DNA of 46,808 nucleotides from Octopus bimaculoides (Eukaryota): contig NC_068991.1 of the NCBI RefSeq assembly GCF_001194135.2, positions 78,432,542 through 78,479,349 of the forward strand, in the 5' to 3' direction. Under the pieces are notes generated by a model. That model did not search any database. It saw nothing but the letters and a program-made list of their open reading frames with translations, and had not been told where the DNA came from. The translations under genes were made by a program, and so were the position numbers. The stretch's first letter is position 1. Each line of letters begins with the position of its first letter. This document shows, one piece after another, positions 12,994 to 24,260 of the stretch.

Positions 12994-13228
12994 CACTATG
13001 TGTCATAATATTCATGTTCGTTTTTATTTTGTAATTATAACGTATAGTGTCAAAAGGTTTTATTATATATCTGCAGCCCGATCGCTGACACGTTTGATTC
13101 AGGAGAATGTTGTCAGAAATGACATTCTGTTGTTAGTATAGAGGAATATTAATAAAATGACGAACAAGAATGTAATGTCTATGAGTGGGATTTAATGTTC
13201 AGTTGTTTAACGGACGCATACATACATA

Positions 13229-13431
13229 CGGTATGAGGACAAAATTCTCCGAGGACAAAATTCCCCCAGACAAATTTTAAACAAAAATTCCAACTAATGG
13301 ATATTTGAATTTTTTTTTTTAATAAATTTCACTTTCTAAAAAATGTCTTTATTGTAAAGAAATAACAAAGTCCCGGGGGGATATTGACTATCGGGAAATT
13401 TTGTCCCCGGGGGAATTTTGTCATAGTACCA
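13229..13431. mobile_element. 203-bp MITE-like element with TA flanks and reiterated subterminal motif
   Basis: TA|cggtatgaggacaaaattctccgaggacaaaattcccc ... gggaaattttgtccccgggggaattttgtcatagtacca|TA. The motif gacaaaatt(c/t)ccc occurs 2-3 times per end in inverted orientation. Confidence 0.7.
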
Positions 13432-13964
13432 TATATGTATATATATATATATATGTGTATATATATATATATGTGTGTGTGTGCAAAATAGCTAGTTGTA
13501 AAATCTGAAGAAGAGATTTGAGTAGTAATTATACTAACAAGTAAAGTTAATCGCCACATCAAAGTGGCTGTTCCATCCTTGTTTAATCCCAGGCGCATCT
13601 TCCGCCGGATGGTTATCGGTGCGGCTCTGCACCCTGTATATACAAATATATTGCTATCAAGGGAAGCGAATCCTTGCCATCCTCTAACAGACAACAATAT
13701 GCTTTCTAACCCCGCTGTAAAAAGTAAACGAAGCGATTCCATTGACATGTATTATATCTGCTTGTTGCAGAACAAGGATAAATTCGGCTAAATTCTGATC
13801 TTTCTAAGCCTTTATGAAAGAAATATTATCAAATTTTTCTGTCTGTCGAGGGATTAGCATTTTTTGACTACTTAATTATAGCGTGTAACATTTGACCAAA
13901 CTAAACTGGTTTGTCTAATTTGTGTAAGAGGCCAGGATTTTGTAAGATTAACAAAAATATATCG

Positions 13965-14232
13965 TTTATCTTTTGTCTTTGTTTATTTCCATCATTAGAC
14001 TGCGGCCATGCTGAAGCACACACCCTTACACTTATCTTTTAAAGTCTGGTGCTTATTCTATCAGACACCTTTGCCGAACTGCCAAATTCTAGGGACGTAA
14101 AAATACCCGACCTGTTGGGTATTCCAGTTATGCTCGAAACGGCAAGCTTTCTCCATTCACGAGCGGCAAACCAATACACTTCTTGTGCATGTCCTCACGT
14201 TCGTTTTTGGGGATTTGTTTATTTGAATTGGC

Positions 14233-14269
<37 letters not shown>

Positions 14270-14367
14270 GTATGTATGAGCTTCTTTCAGTTTCCGTCTA
14301 TCGAATCAACTCACCAGGTCCTGGTCGGCACGGGGTTATAGTAGAAGCCACTTACCCATGGTGGCAT
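13965..14367 (-). mobile_element. SINE family B, degenerate; a 3'-end fragment also lies at about 3460..3615 (-)
   Basis: gactgcggccatgctgaagcac, cttattctatc...ttgccgaac and gcttctttcagtttccgtcta are reverse complements of family motifs. Confidence 0.7.
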
Positions 14368-14716
14368 ATAGAATTAAATAGAATAACAGAGAAAATCCGT
14401 TGCCGTTTCTCTTATCCACACTCAGTTTTACTCTCCCACGGTCGGGAAGTGTTAAAAATATCCTTCGTTCAATATAAACAGGATTTGGATTTATTTCTGA
14501 ATTAAGATTTTGATGAGCGCAAAATAAGCCATCAGTTTTCTTATCAATGGATGGAGATAGAGAAGTGCAATTGCCACCTGTTGTATATTTTTAGGTCTGT
14601 AGCAGCAGTGGGGAAACGGATTTGATACTCCACAAGTAATCAAGAGGATAAGCGTGTATATNNNNNNNNNNNNNNNNNNNNNNNNNNNNNNNNNNNNNNN
14701 NNNNNNNNNNNNNNNN

Positions 14717-14751
<35 letters not shown>

Positions 14752-14845
14752 TTATAACATGTATATATACATGCATATACATCTATACATGTATACATAC
14801 ATGCATGTACACACGCTTATATACATGCATATGTGTGTATATCTA

Positions 14846-16098
14846 TTAGGTTGGCAACTAAGTTCCCACCGTTTTTTGAAATTTAAATTCTTTAAAAGGT
14901 TTAATAAAACATAACTAATTAATCAATAATGTATTCACCCTTATTGTTCACAACTTCTTCCCAACGTTCATTTGAAGGAGATCGAAAGAGGTGAAAATCC
15001 GTTGGTGCCAAATCAGGAGAGTACGGTGGGTGTGGCAGCACTTCCCAGTCATGCATTTGAATGGCTTCCTTAGTCATATTGGCGGTATGAGAGCGGGCGT
15101 TGTTGTGCAGCAGAAAAACTCCATGCTGACAATTAGGCTTTTTCTCTTGAATAGCCGTGTTGAGTCGTTCCATCTGTTAAACATAGTTCCGCGTTGACCG
15201 TTTGGCTGCAATTCGTAATGGATAATCTCTTCCCAGTCCCACCATATGCACAACATCGTTTTATGCAGATGATCTTGTTTCACGCGCAGTGTCGCTTGTT
15301 TACCGGGGCTAAGCCATTCCTTACGCTGCTTGATATTGATGCACTGGCACCATTTTTCATCGCTAGTAACAATTCGGTAAAGAAATTGTTGCTTGTGTTC
15401 ATGAGTTGAGCGGTGACGAGCAAGCACACCAGTGGAGATTGTGGCTCGATGATTTTTTGTTGTTGTCACTTAAAGCATGCGGAACCCATACTTCATACTT
15501 CTGAACCTTTCCCATCGAGTGAAGGTGCTTTTCTATAGCAGTGTGGGAGCATTCCATTTTCTCCGCCAGTTCCCTTGTCGTTTGACGAGAATTTTCGTGC
15601 AAAAGTTGGAATGCTCCNNNNNNNNNNNNNNNNNNNNNNNNNNNNNNNNNNNNNNNNNNNNNNNNNNNNNNNNNNNNNNNNNNNNNNNNNNNNNNNNNNN
15701 NNNNNNNNNNNNNNNNNNNNNNNNNNNNNNNNNNNNNNNNNNNNNNNNNNNNNNNNNNNNNNNNNNNNNNNNNNNNNNNNNNNNNNNNNNNNNNNNNNNN
15801 NNNNNNNNNNNNNNNNNNNNNNNNNNNNNNNNNNNNNNNNNNNNNNNNNNNNNNNNNNNNNNNNNNNNNNNNNNNNNNNNNNNNNNNNNNNNNNNNNNNN
15901 NNNNNNNNNNNNNNNNNNNNNNNNNNNNNNNNNNNNNNNNNNNNNNNNNNNNNNNNNNNNNNNNNNNNNNNNCCCCCAAGCCAAAGGATTCTAAAATGAT
16001 TCAAAAATAGAATTCTCGAGAAAGATAGATTCCAAAATTTAAAAATGCAATAAATTCCAAAATTTAAAAAAACAGCGGCAACTTAGTTGCCAACCCAA
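14846..16098 (-). mobile_element. Mariner (DD34D) DNA transposon, near full length, transposase frameshifted; 354-bp gap inside
   Basis: About 30-bp TIRs (ttaggttggcaactaagttcccaccgtttt at 14846; reverse complement of aaaaacagcggcaacttagttgccaacccaa ending 16098), both flanked by TA. Minus-strand fragments encode WVPHAL, RIVTSDEKW, KTMLCIWWD, LLHNNARSH and HPPYSPDLAPTDFHLF. There are 34 residues between the second (D>N) and third catalytic Asp. Confidence 0.95.
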
Positions 16099-16594
16099 TA
16101 TATACATGTATGTATATTACAAATTATTGATAATATTTTAATAATACATATTTGTATCTGTATATAAAGGAATAAGGATTTAGAATCCAGGCAGGTATCT
16201 TATGGGCACTCTGATACAATCCTGATATGGGTGGCCACTTCGCATGATAGAGAACATACAGAATGTTTTAAGCTAAACAATTACAAACTACTTCACTCGA
16301 TCGGTAAATCTTGAGTTTGCTTCATTGGATTTCATGCAACATACAAGAAGACTGGAGAATTACACAGCTTCAGAAAATTTTAATTAAATTCCGATCCGAC
16401 ACGTGTTTCTGCTGGATAAGTATCCTTTCATGTAGCATTTATGTGCATTTAGTTGATTCATTTCCAGTACATATTCAGCCAAGGTAGACATTGCCATGTA
16501 GCTTTGTACAAGGTTTTGCCCCTTCGAGTGAGTGAAGCGAACTCCCCTCTCTCTTTATATGTATATGTGTATATCTGTCTGTCTGCCTGCTTGC

Positions 16595-16637
<43 letters not shown>

Positions 16638-18763
16638 CCTGTCTGTCTGTGTCTCTGTCTGTCTGTGTCTCTGTCTGTCTGTGTCTCTGTACGTCTGTCT
16701 ATCTACATACAACATACACAGAGGCAAAGAAGACAGAGACACACATATATACAAACTCACACAGGTAAACACACACACACACACACACACAATTAGACAT
16801 ATATACACGCATTAATATAATGGCAGGGAGATTCTTATTCCTTGAATATTCTACATCATTGAAATGAGTTTATTTCGGCCCCAAAATTTACATCTTAACG
16901 AAGAAATAAATTAGTGTTATTCACCTTGTAAAACTGTATATCAGTGTGTGTGTGTGTGTGGGGGGGGGGGGTAAACACCGTACACTTCTTCGTCACAACA
17001 TCTGACTACGAAATCAATTGGTGGCGAAAAATTCATAATTAAATCTGGATTCAGACCCAAATCATGAACAACTAAATTGTTGCTAAGTTGTACGGTCAGC
17101 CCCACTCACTTCGCTAATGACTCTACGGGAGGACGCTATCTGTTAACACAAGCATGGTTCTGGAGGCACAGAGATTTGTCACATAAGTTTTATCTGTTAG
17201 TATACTTTTTTATATTTCTCTATTCTCTCGTTCCCTTTGATCTCTCCAATTTCTGGGCTGGTTCTTTTGCATTTCTCGTTCATTCTCTTCTGTTTTGACT
17301 ATTGATTGTTATACCCATTTTCAAAGAGAGGCACATATTTTAGAGAAATTAGGATTCATTCAGCATTTCGATTTACACGTAACCCTGAAGAGTTGGTATT
17401 TTCCAGTCTTGCTAAAATAATACTGATTTGATGTATCATTTCGTATATTATATAATATTCCAGCAATAATTCTGAGTAAATATCGATGAAACTATAGTAG
17501 AATTATGCAATAAAATGTTTCGCATTCCGTTCTACTTGTTAATGCTTATAAAAACTCTACGGATATTTAAGTATTTTAATCTGAAAGCAGCCTATTTCAA
17601 TTGAACAATATAAGAAATTAGTAAACACAATCGATCCGTCGGTCCGTCCGTCCGTCTGTCTGTCTGTCTGTCCCTCTGTCTGTCTATCTGTTTGTCTATA
17701 TACAGATGTGTATATATGTAATATATACGTCCATGTATATCATATTATGATTACATAATGCATATGTATATATATTTGTGTGTAAGTATGTAATTATATA
17801 TGTGTATGTATGTATGTATGTATGTACGCATGTATATATATATCTATATCTAGGTATATTATATTTTACACCCACACACACACACACACACACACAAACA
17901 CGCGCCGAACATGGTTAATGGTTAATATTCAACGATAACCTTTCCGAATAGTTCAAAATGTTTTTTTCTCAAATATTTTCCAAACTCATTACATTTGGAA
18001 ATAAACATAAATCTTGTTTGAAATATATCGTTTGAGACGAAAAGCTATGCAATTTGAAAGTTTAAGAGAAGTTATCTAGGAGAACATACTTAAAAAAAAA
18101 AATGCCTCGAAGGTATATTTGTTGCTCCACAATGATTTTTGTTAAACCTTTAATATCTGAGTGTCCGCGTGGTTGTTTGAATGTTTCACTCAGTCATAAG
18201 GTCGCTGTTCGATTCCTGGTCCGAACGACTCATTGTGTCATTCAGCAACGTATGTCATGTGACGTCATTTCCGTCTACTCTGCTTGAACGCATATCAACC
18301 GAGTCTGTGTACAACTCCCCTCTTTCCCCCCCTCTCTCTTTCTCTCCAGCCGTTACATTGTGGATATTCCGCTGGTTCATGGGAAGTTTAGAAGAGCCGA
18401 AAAGTTATGTTTTCTCGTGATTATATAAGCACTTAAACCGATTAACGAAAGCAATGGTATATGCTACCATGTTATATTTGCATGTGGACGGTACCATGTT
18501 ATATTCGTTTGTAAATGACAGCTGTGAGACGTATTTCAATCGAATAATGTGACGTCTAAAAGTGTCTCGGGATTTGAGCATAGGTCATGATTATGTAACT
18601 GACATTCTATAAACATTGATCACCTTAGGTTAATGAAACGTTTGTAAGATGGTGTAACGAAATACCTTAAAATCTCTCGTTTTCTATCGCACGCACGCCG
18701 CCGCATATACATACGCAATATCAAATTACACATAAGACAATTTAACATTAACTTGAAGGATAA

Positions 18764-18978
18764 AGCGGCAAGACGGGCAGAATCGTTAGCAAGACGGGCA
18801 GAATATTTAGCGGCGTTTCGGTAATCATTACGTTGAGTTCAAATGACGCCGAGGTCGATTTTACATTTCATCCTTTCAGAGTCGATAAAATAAGTACCAA
18901 TCGAGGACTTGGATCGTGATAATTGACTTACCCTATCCCTTGAAATTACTGGCCTTGTGCCAAAATTTGAAATCCATT
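18764..18978 (+). mobile_element. SINE family A, full length, with duplicated head motif gcaagacgggcagaat
   Basis: Family motifs present; 16-bp motif repeated at about 18767 and 18789. Confidence 0.8.
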
Positions 18979-19084
18979 TCAAACTGAAGGACTATTCAGC
19001 ACTTTCTCATAGGTTACATATTTATAATCGCAATTTTTTCTTGTAAATATTATGTATACAAACGCACTCACACAGACACACAGA

Positions 19085-19290
19085 CATATATATGATTGAT
19101 CGCTAAATCCACAAGTTGTTTTATTCTCTTTCTCTTTATTTCCTCGTGTTCCTTTCTGCTGAAGAGCGTAGGCTCGAAACGTAAAGGACTTTCTCACTTT
19201 CCCGAGCATCAAACTAATACACATGCTTGTTGTTTATACACCTGTTTTCGTCTTTTGTCTCTCTATAAATTTCAACTATATATATATAGA
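19085..19290 (+). mobile_element. PLE-terminus-like repeat ending in (TA)n; second truncated copy at about 40593..40700 (-)
   Basis: 19164..19280 matches the reverse complement of 40593..40700 (agagcgtagg..gaaa.gtaaa.gactttctcactt.cccgagc...aaactaata). PLE origin is inferred from the hammerhead-like motif and the microsatellite junction. Confidence 0.55.
19151..19187 (+). ncRNA. Variant minimal hammerhead-like motif (A6 replaced by C)
   Basis: CUUU-CUGCUGA-A-GAGC(GUAG)GCUC-GAAAC-GU-A-AAGG. Confidence 0.45.
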
Positions 19291-19450
19291 TATATAATCG
19301 TGGCTGTGTGGTAAGACGTTTGCTTCCCAACCACATGGTTCCGGGTTCAGNNNNNNNNNNNNNNNNNNNNNNNNNNNNNNNNNNNNNNNNNNNNNNNNNN
19401 NNNNNNNNNNNNNNNNNNNNNNNNNNNNNNNNNNNNNNNNNNNNNNNNNN

Positions 19451-20265
19451 TACGCTCGTTCGTTCGTGCGTTCGTTAGGACGTTCGTTAGGACGCTCGTT
19501 GGTTCGTGCGTTCGTTCGTTCATTCGTTCCTTCGTACATACGTTCGCTCGTTCGTGCGTTCGTTAGGACGTTCGTTTGTTCGTTCAATCGTTCGTTCCTT
19601 CGTACATACGTTCGCTCTTTCGTTCATTCGTGCGTTCGTTTGTGCGTTCGTTTGTTCCTACGTGTGTAAGTCTGATTTTTCGTTCGTTCGTTCGTTCTTA
19701 CATACCTACTTATGTTTGTACGTATGTTCGTTCTTTCGTTCGTTTGTTCATTCCTTGTTTCGTTCGTTCGTTCATTCATTCGTTCGTTCGTTCGTTCGTT
19801 CGACGTTCTTTCGTTCGCTTGTTCGTTCTTTCGTTCGTGAGTTCCTACTTTCTTTAGTTCGTTCGTTCGTTTGTTCGTTCTTTCCCCACCCCATCCTTTT
19901 TTTTTCTCTCTTCCCACCCTCTTGTTTTACTCTCCCCTTTTTTCCAGAACAGAACTTTCTCCCTCCCTCCTTTTTTCTCTCTTTACCCCCTTTTTTTCTC
20001 CCCCCCTTTTTTTCCCGGTCACAACTCCCCCTCTTTGTTTCTCTCTTTCCCTTCTTTTTTCTCTTTTCTTTCTTTCCCCCTTTTTTCTTTTTTATCTTCC
20101 CCCCCTTTTTTCTTTTTTCTCTCTTCCCCACCTTTTTTTTTCCGTAGTAGAACTTCCCTCCCCTTTTTTTCTTTTTTTTCTCTCCACCCTCTTTTTTCCC
20201 AGATCAGAACTTCCCCCCTTTTTTTCTCTTTTTTTTTCTCTTCCCCCCTTTTTTTTCTTCCACTA
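19451..20265. repeat. Degenerate (TTCG)n tract followed by irregular T/C low-complexity sequence
   Basis: Direct reading; the second half has irregular homopolymer runs suggestive of low-quality sequence. Confidence 0.85.
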
Positions 20266-20286
20266 GGTCGACTGCGGGTATCAGTT

Positions 20287-20630
20287 AAACTGTATGACGA
20301 ATACTTTTGTTTGGTAGATGTCACTTCTACTTACCGTTTGGGTGATGCAGCTCAGGGAACATTTTACAATGAGTTATGGGAAATATCCTTGAAGGAATTT
20401 GTGCAAAGTCATTGTTGACGACATACTAGTGTTGGGTAGTTCCAAAGGCAGGAGACTGTAATAAGTTTTTAACTTAAGAGTTCAGACAGGAATTAAACTA
20501 AACCCTAACAAAACAAAAATCAGCAAAGATGAAAATTTAGTTATGTTGGTCACACCCTCACTCATCCAGAATGTGTGCAAACAGTTGTTAAGATGCCACA
20601 ACCCACAAACAAGCCAAGATTTTTAGGAAT
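20287..20630 (+). mobile_element. Inverted partial copy of the Gypsy RT segment at 27200..27556
   Basis: Manual alignment to the reverse complement of 27200..27556 gives about 9 substitutions and one 13-bp deletion. Confidence 0.9.
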
Positions 20631-20929
20631 CAGATCAGATCGGATCTCATCAGAGTTCTTTTGACCGAGCAACTGCTCAAGTCATCGTGAAACCGACGGA
20701 AGTTCCATTCACTGTAATTTTATCAAGTAAAAAACATTTAGCTTGAGCTAAAATCTCGAAATGTAATAAGCAGACGACCGCTGTGGGTGATGGTATATCG
20801 GTTGTGTCATATTTTAATGTTTTGCTATTTGGCAAGTCTTTTAACTAATCTTATCTTTCACTCTAATTTCTCACACCAATTCTTCAATTTATCGCCATCG
20901 TTCCATAATCTCTTATTCCCCTTATTCGT

Positions 20930-20971
20930 TCTTTCTTTCTTCTCTCTCTTTGCTTATCTTTTCTCTCTCTC

Positions 20972-21003
<32 letters not shown>

Positions 21004-21013
21004 NNNNNNNNNN

Positions 21014-21059
<46 letters not shown>

Positions 21060-21531
21060 GTACTATTGCTATCCTTTCCGTTTTCTCTCATTCTTCTTTT
21101 ATATCTGTCTTTTCGTCTGGCTCTCTTCCTCTCAAATTTCTCTTTCCAATACATCTCCTCCTCTTCCTCCAACTTTCTTTCCTTCTCTTTTTCTTTATTC
21201 CCCCCCCCATATCTCTCTCCAACACATCCTCCCCTTCTGTCTTTTACTCTTCATTTTCTTCATAATTCTTTCCTCTCCTTCTCCTCTTCTCATCTCACTC
21301 TTTCTAACACATCTTAACTTTTTCTTCTCTTTTCTCATTTTCTTATGTCTTTCCACTCATTCACGCCTCTTTCCTTCTGACACACCTTCAAAATCTTCTT
21401 CCCCCACTCTCTCCCACCCTGTCTCTCTCGTTCACTCTCTAGTTTTTTTTTACTTCTTCCCCTTTCTCTTTTCCATCCTACGTTTTCTTCCCACTTATTT
21501 CCATTCCTCTCTCTTAGACATCTCTCTCCCA

Positions 21532-21573
<42 letters not shown>

Positions 21574-21630
21574 AATGCATCTCCCTAACCTTTTCCTACT
21601 TCATTTTTTCATCTCTTCCTTCTCTCCGGC
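20930..21630. repeat. (CT)n / polypyrimidine tract
   Basis: Direct reading. Similar (CT)n tracts at 31543..31597, 32048..32315 and 46404..46440. Confidence 0.9.
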
Positions 21631-21689
21631 TTCTTTCACCCTTCGTCGCTGGTTAGTGCCGGTGAGTTATATATCTATCTATATATATT

Positions 21690-22809
21690 AGCTGCTAGGA
21701 AATCTTTTATTAGTTTTAATGATAAAGTATGGATACGTAAGGATACACCGGAGGCTTTCGATGTCCCCATGGGTAGTTCTGACTCAGCACAAATAGCTGA
21801 TATGGTGGGTTCTTTTATTCTTTATGAATTGAATGATCAATTTCCTATGATTAGGGGGTGGTCTATATAGGGATGACTGTCTTCTATATATTAGGAATAG
21901 CTCCAACCAACAATTACAGAGGATTAAGGGTAAATTGGCTAGATTTTTTCGTAGAATGGGGATAAATATCATTTATGAAGAGGATATTTCTGTAGCAAAT
22001 TTCTTGGATGTGACATTAGATATTAAAAATGAGGCATATAGACCATATCATAAACCTTCAACTAACCTAAAATATATAAGTAAGTGGAGTAACCATCCTA
22101 GAAAAATTATCGATAAGATTTTTGATAATGAAGCTCAATTATATAATTCGGCATTAAATAGGGCAGGATACAAAGAGAAGGTTTACTATATTGAACCTGA
22201 TAGTAATAACATTAAGACAGATAAGAATAATAGGTATAAGAATAAACTGGAAATATAAGAATAAAGTGGAAATAAGGAAAATAAACCCAGAGACATTCAT
22301 AAACGTAACATAGGTGATTAAGAATTTTTTAAGAATTATACTAGTAACTGTGATAATACTAAAGATGATAATATATGGTTCATAGTCCCCTTTGGTAGAA
22401 ATGTTAAATCTAGTTTGATTGCACAGTTTAGAGAGGTGATGAGCAGATATTTCCAAAAGAATTCACACTATGGTAAAATTATTAATACACAAACACTTTG
22501 AACTTAGCCCAAATAATTGCAGCTCATAATTTTGAAATACTTAAATCAAAAGGAATTGGGGAGGATAGTGATATGAACCCTGATATAAATGATAATGATA
22601 ATAATAACAATAATAGTAATAATAATCGGAATATGATTACAGTAACAGAGGTCAACCCCAGAAGATTGAAGTTTGAAGGCCCTAGTGTGAGAGTTAGAAA
22701 TGTAGTTTATCAATGTAAGGTAAGGACTCAGACAGATGTTAGCCGATACCTAGGGTGTACTTCGGGACAAATCTGTAAAAGATTATATAATCATTATAGT
22801 ACCTTTAGA
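21690..22809 (+). mobile_element. Penelope-like element (PLE) ORF remnant: RT core followed by C-terminal GIY-YIG endonuclease, 5'-truncated, ends in a gap
   Basis: FDVPMGSSDSAQIADMVG, GLYRDDCL (after a +1 frameshift in the G-run near 21855), ANFLDVTLD, YRPYHKP...KWSNHP, NIWFIVPFGRNVK, NLAQIIAAHN, then NVVYQC...YLGCTSGQICKRLYNHYSTFR (GIY-YIG). The 5' junction is at a (TA)-rich microsatellite. Confidence 0.88.
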
Positions 22810-23756
22810 NNNNNNNNNNNNNNNNNNNNNNNNNNNNNNNNNNNNNNNNNNNNNNNNNNNNNNNNNNNNNNNNNNNNNNNNNNNNNNNNNNNNNNNNNNN
22901 NNNNNNNNNNNNNNNNNNNNNNNNNNNNNNNNNNNNNNNNNNNNNNNNNNNNNNNNNNNNNNNNNNNNNNNNNNNNNNNNNNNNNNNNNNNNNNNNNNNN
23001 NNNNNNNNNNNNNNNNNNNNNNNNNNNNNNNNNNNNNNNNNNNNNNNNNNNNNNNNNNNNNNNNNNNNNNNNNNNNNNNNNNNNNNNNNNNNNNNNNNNN
23101 NNNNNNNNNNNNNNNNNNNNNNNNNNNNNNNNNNNNNNNNNNNNNNNNNNNNNNNNNNNNNNNNNNNNNNNNNNNNNNNNNNNNNNNNNNNNNNNNNNNN
23201 NNNNNNNNNNNNNNNNNNNNNNNNNNNNNNNNNNNNNNNNNNNNNNNNNNNNNNNNNNNNNNNNNNNNNNNNNNNNNNNNNNNNNNNNNNNNNNNNNNNN
23301 NNNNNNNNNNNNNNNNNNNNNNNNNNNNNNNNNNNNNNNNNNNNNNNNNNNNNNNNNNNNNNNNNNNNNNNNNNNNNNNNNNNNNNNNNNNNNNNNNNNN
23401 NNNNNNNNNNNNNNNNNNNNNNNNNNNNNNNNNNNNNNNNNNNNNNNNNNNNNNNNNNNNNNNNNNNNNNNNNNNNNNNNNNNNNNNNNNNNNNNNNNNN
23501 NNNNNNNNNNNNNNNNNNNNNNNNNNNNNNNNNNNNNNNNNNNNNNNNNNNNNNNNNNNNNNNNNNNNNNNNNNNNNNNNNNNNNNNNNNNNNNNNNNNN
23601 NNNNNNNNNNNNNNNNNNNNNNNNNNNNNNNNNNNNNNNNNNNNNNNNNNNNNNNNNNNNNNNNNNNNNNNNNNNNNNNNNNNNNNNNNNNNNNNNNNAC
23701 GCACTGTATATTTGGTGTTAATTTGCTTCAGCTTTATATTACATTAATCCTATTTC

Positions 23757-23800
23757 GGCCAGAGTTCTTTCGTCACACTTCTGTGACCTCATTAGTGGTC
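23757..23800 (-). ncRNA. Hammerhead-ribozyme-like motif, sister copy; core G5 mutated
   Basis: Minus strand GACCA-CUAAUGA-G-GUCAC(AGAAGU)GUGAC-GAAA-GAA-CUC-UGGCC. The CUC triplet is intact; the core reads CUAAUGA. Confidence 0.55.
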
Positions 23801-24216
23801 CTTTGCTTTCTTCTTTCTTATATGTGTGTCCCTCCTTGCTAACGATAAGTCATTTTGTATTTTGTATTCCTATTGTATGTGTCTATATTTGCGCATGCGT
23901 ATTCCTCTATGTGTGTCTATGTTTGTCTATGTTTTGTAAGTGCATATGTGTGTATGTATGGGGAGTGCCTGTATTATCTGTATCCCCTGTTTATACATGT
24001 TCGTTTCATTTGTTTTTATTTATTTGTTCATGTGTTTATACCTACTTTTTATTTAATTCAGGCACTCCCCATACACACATGCACTTACAAAACATAGACA
24101 AACATAGACACACATAGAGGGATACGCATGCGCAAATATAGACACATACAATAGGAATACAAAATGGCTGATTGTTAGCAAGGAGGGACACACATATAAG
24201 AAAGAAGAAAGCAAAG

Positions 24217-24260
24217 GGCCACTGATGAGGTCACAGAAGTGTGACGAAAGAACACTGGCC
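24217..24260 (+). ncRNA. Hammerhead-ribozyme-like motif (type I, minimal); cleavage-triplet U mutated
   Basis: GGCCA-CUGAUGA-G-GUCAC(AGAAGU)GUGAC-GAAA-GAACAC-UGGCC. Stems I and II and the core are intact; U16.1 is replaced by A. Confidence 0.6.

Noticed and set aside
20636-20644. agatcgga resembling an Illumina adapter start
   Set aside because: Only 8 bp match and it diverges immediately; better explained by the 26281 match.
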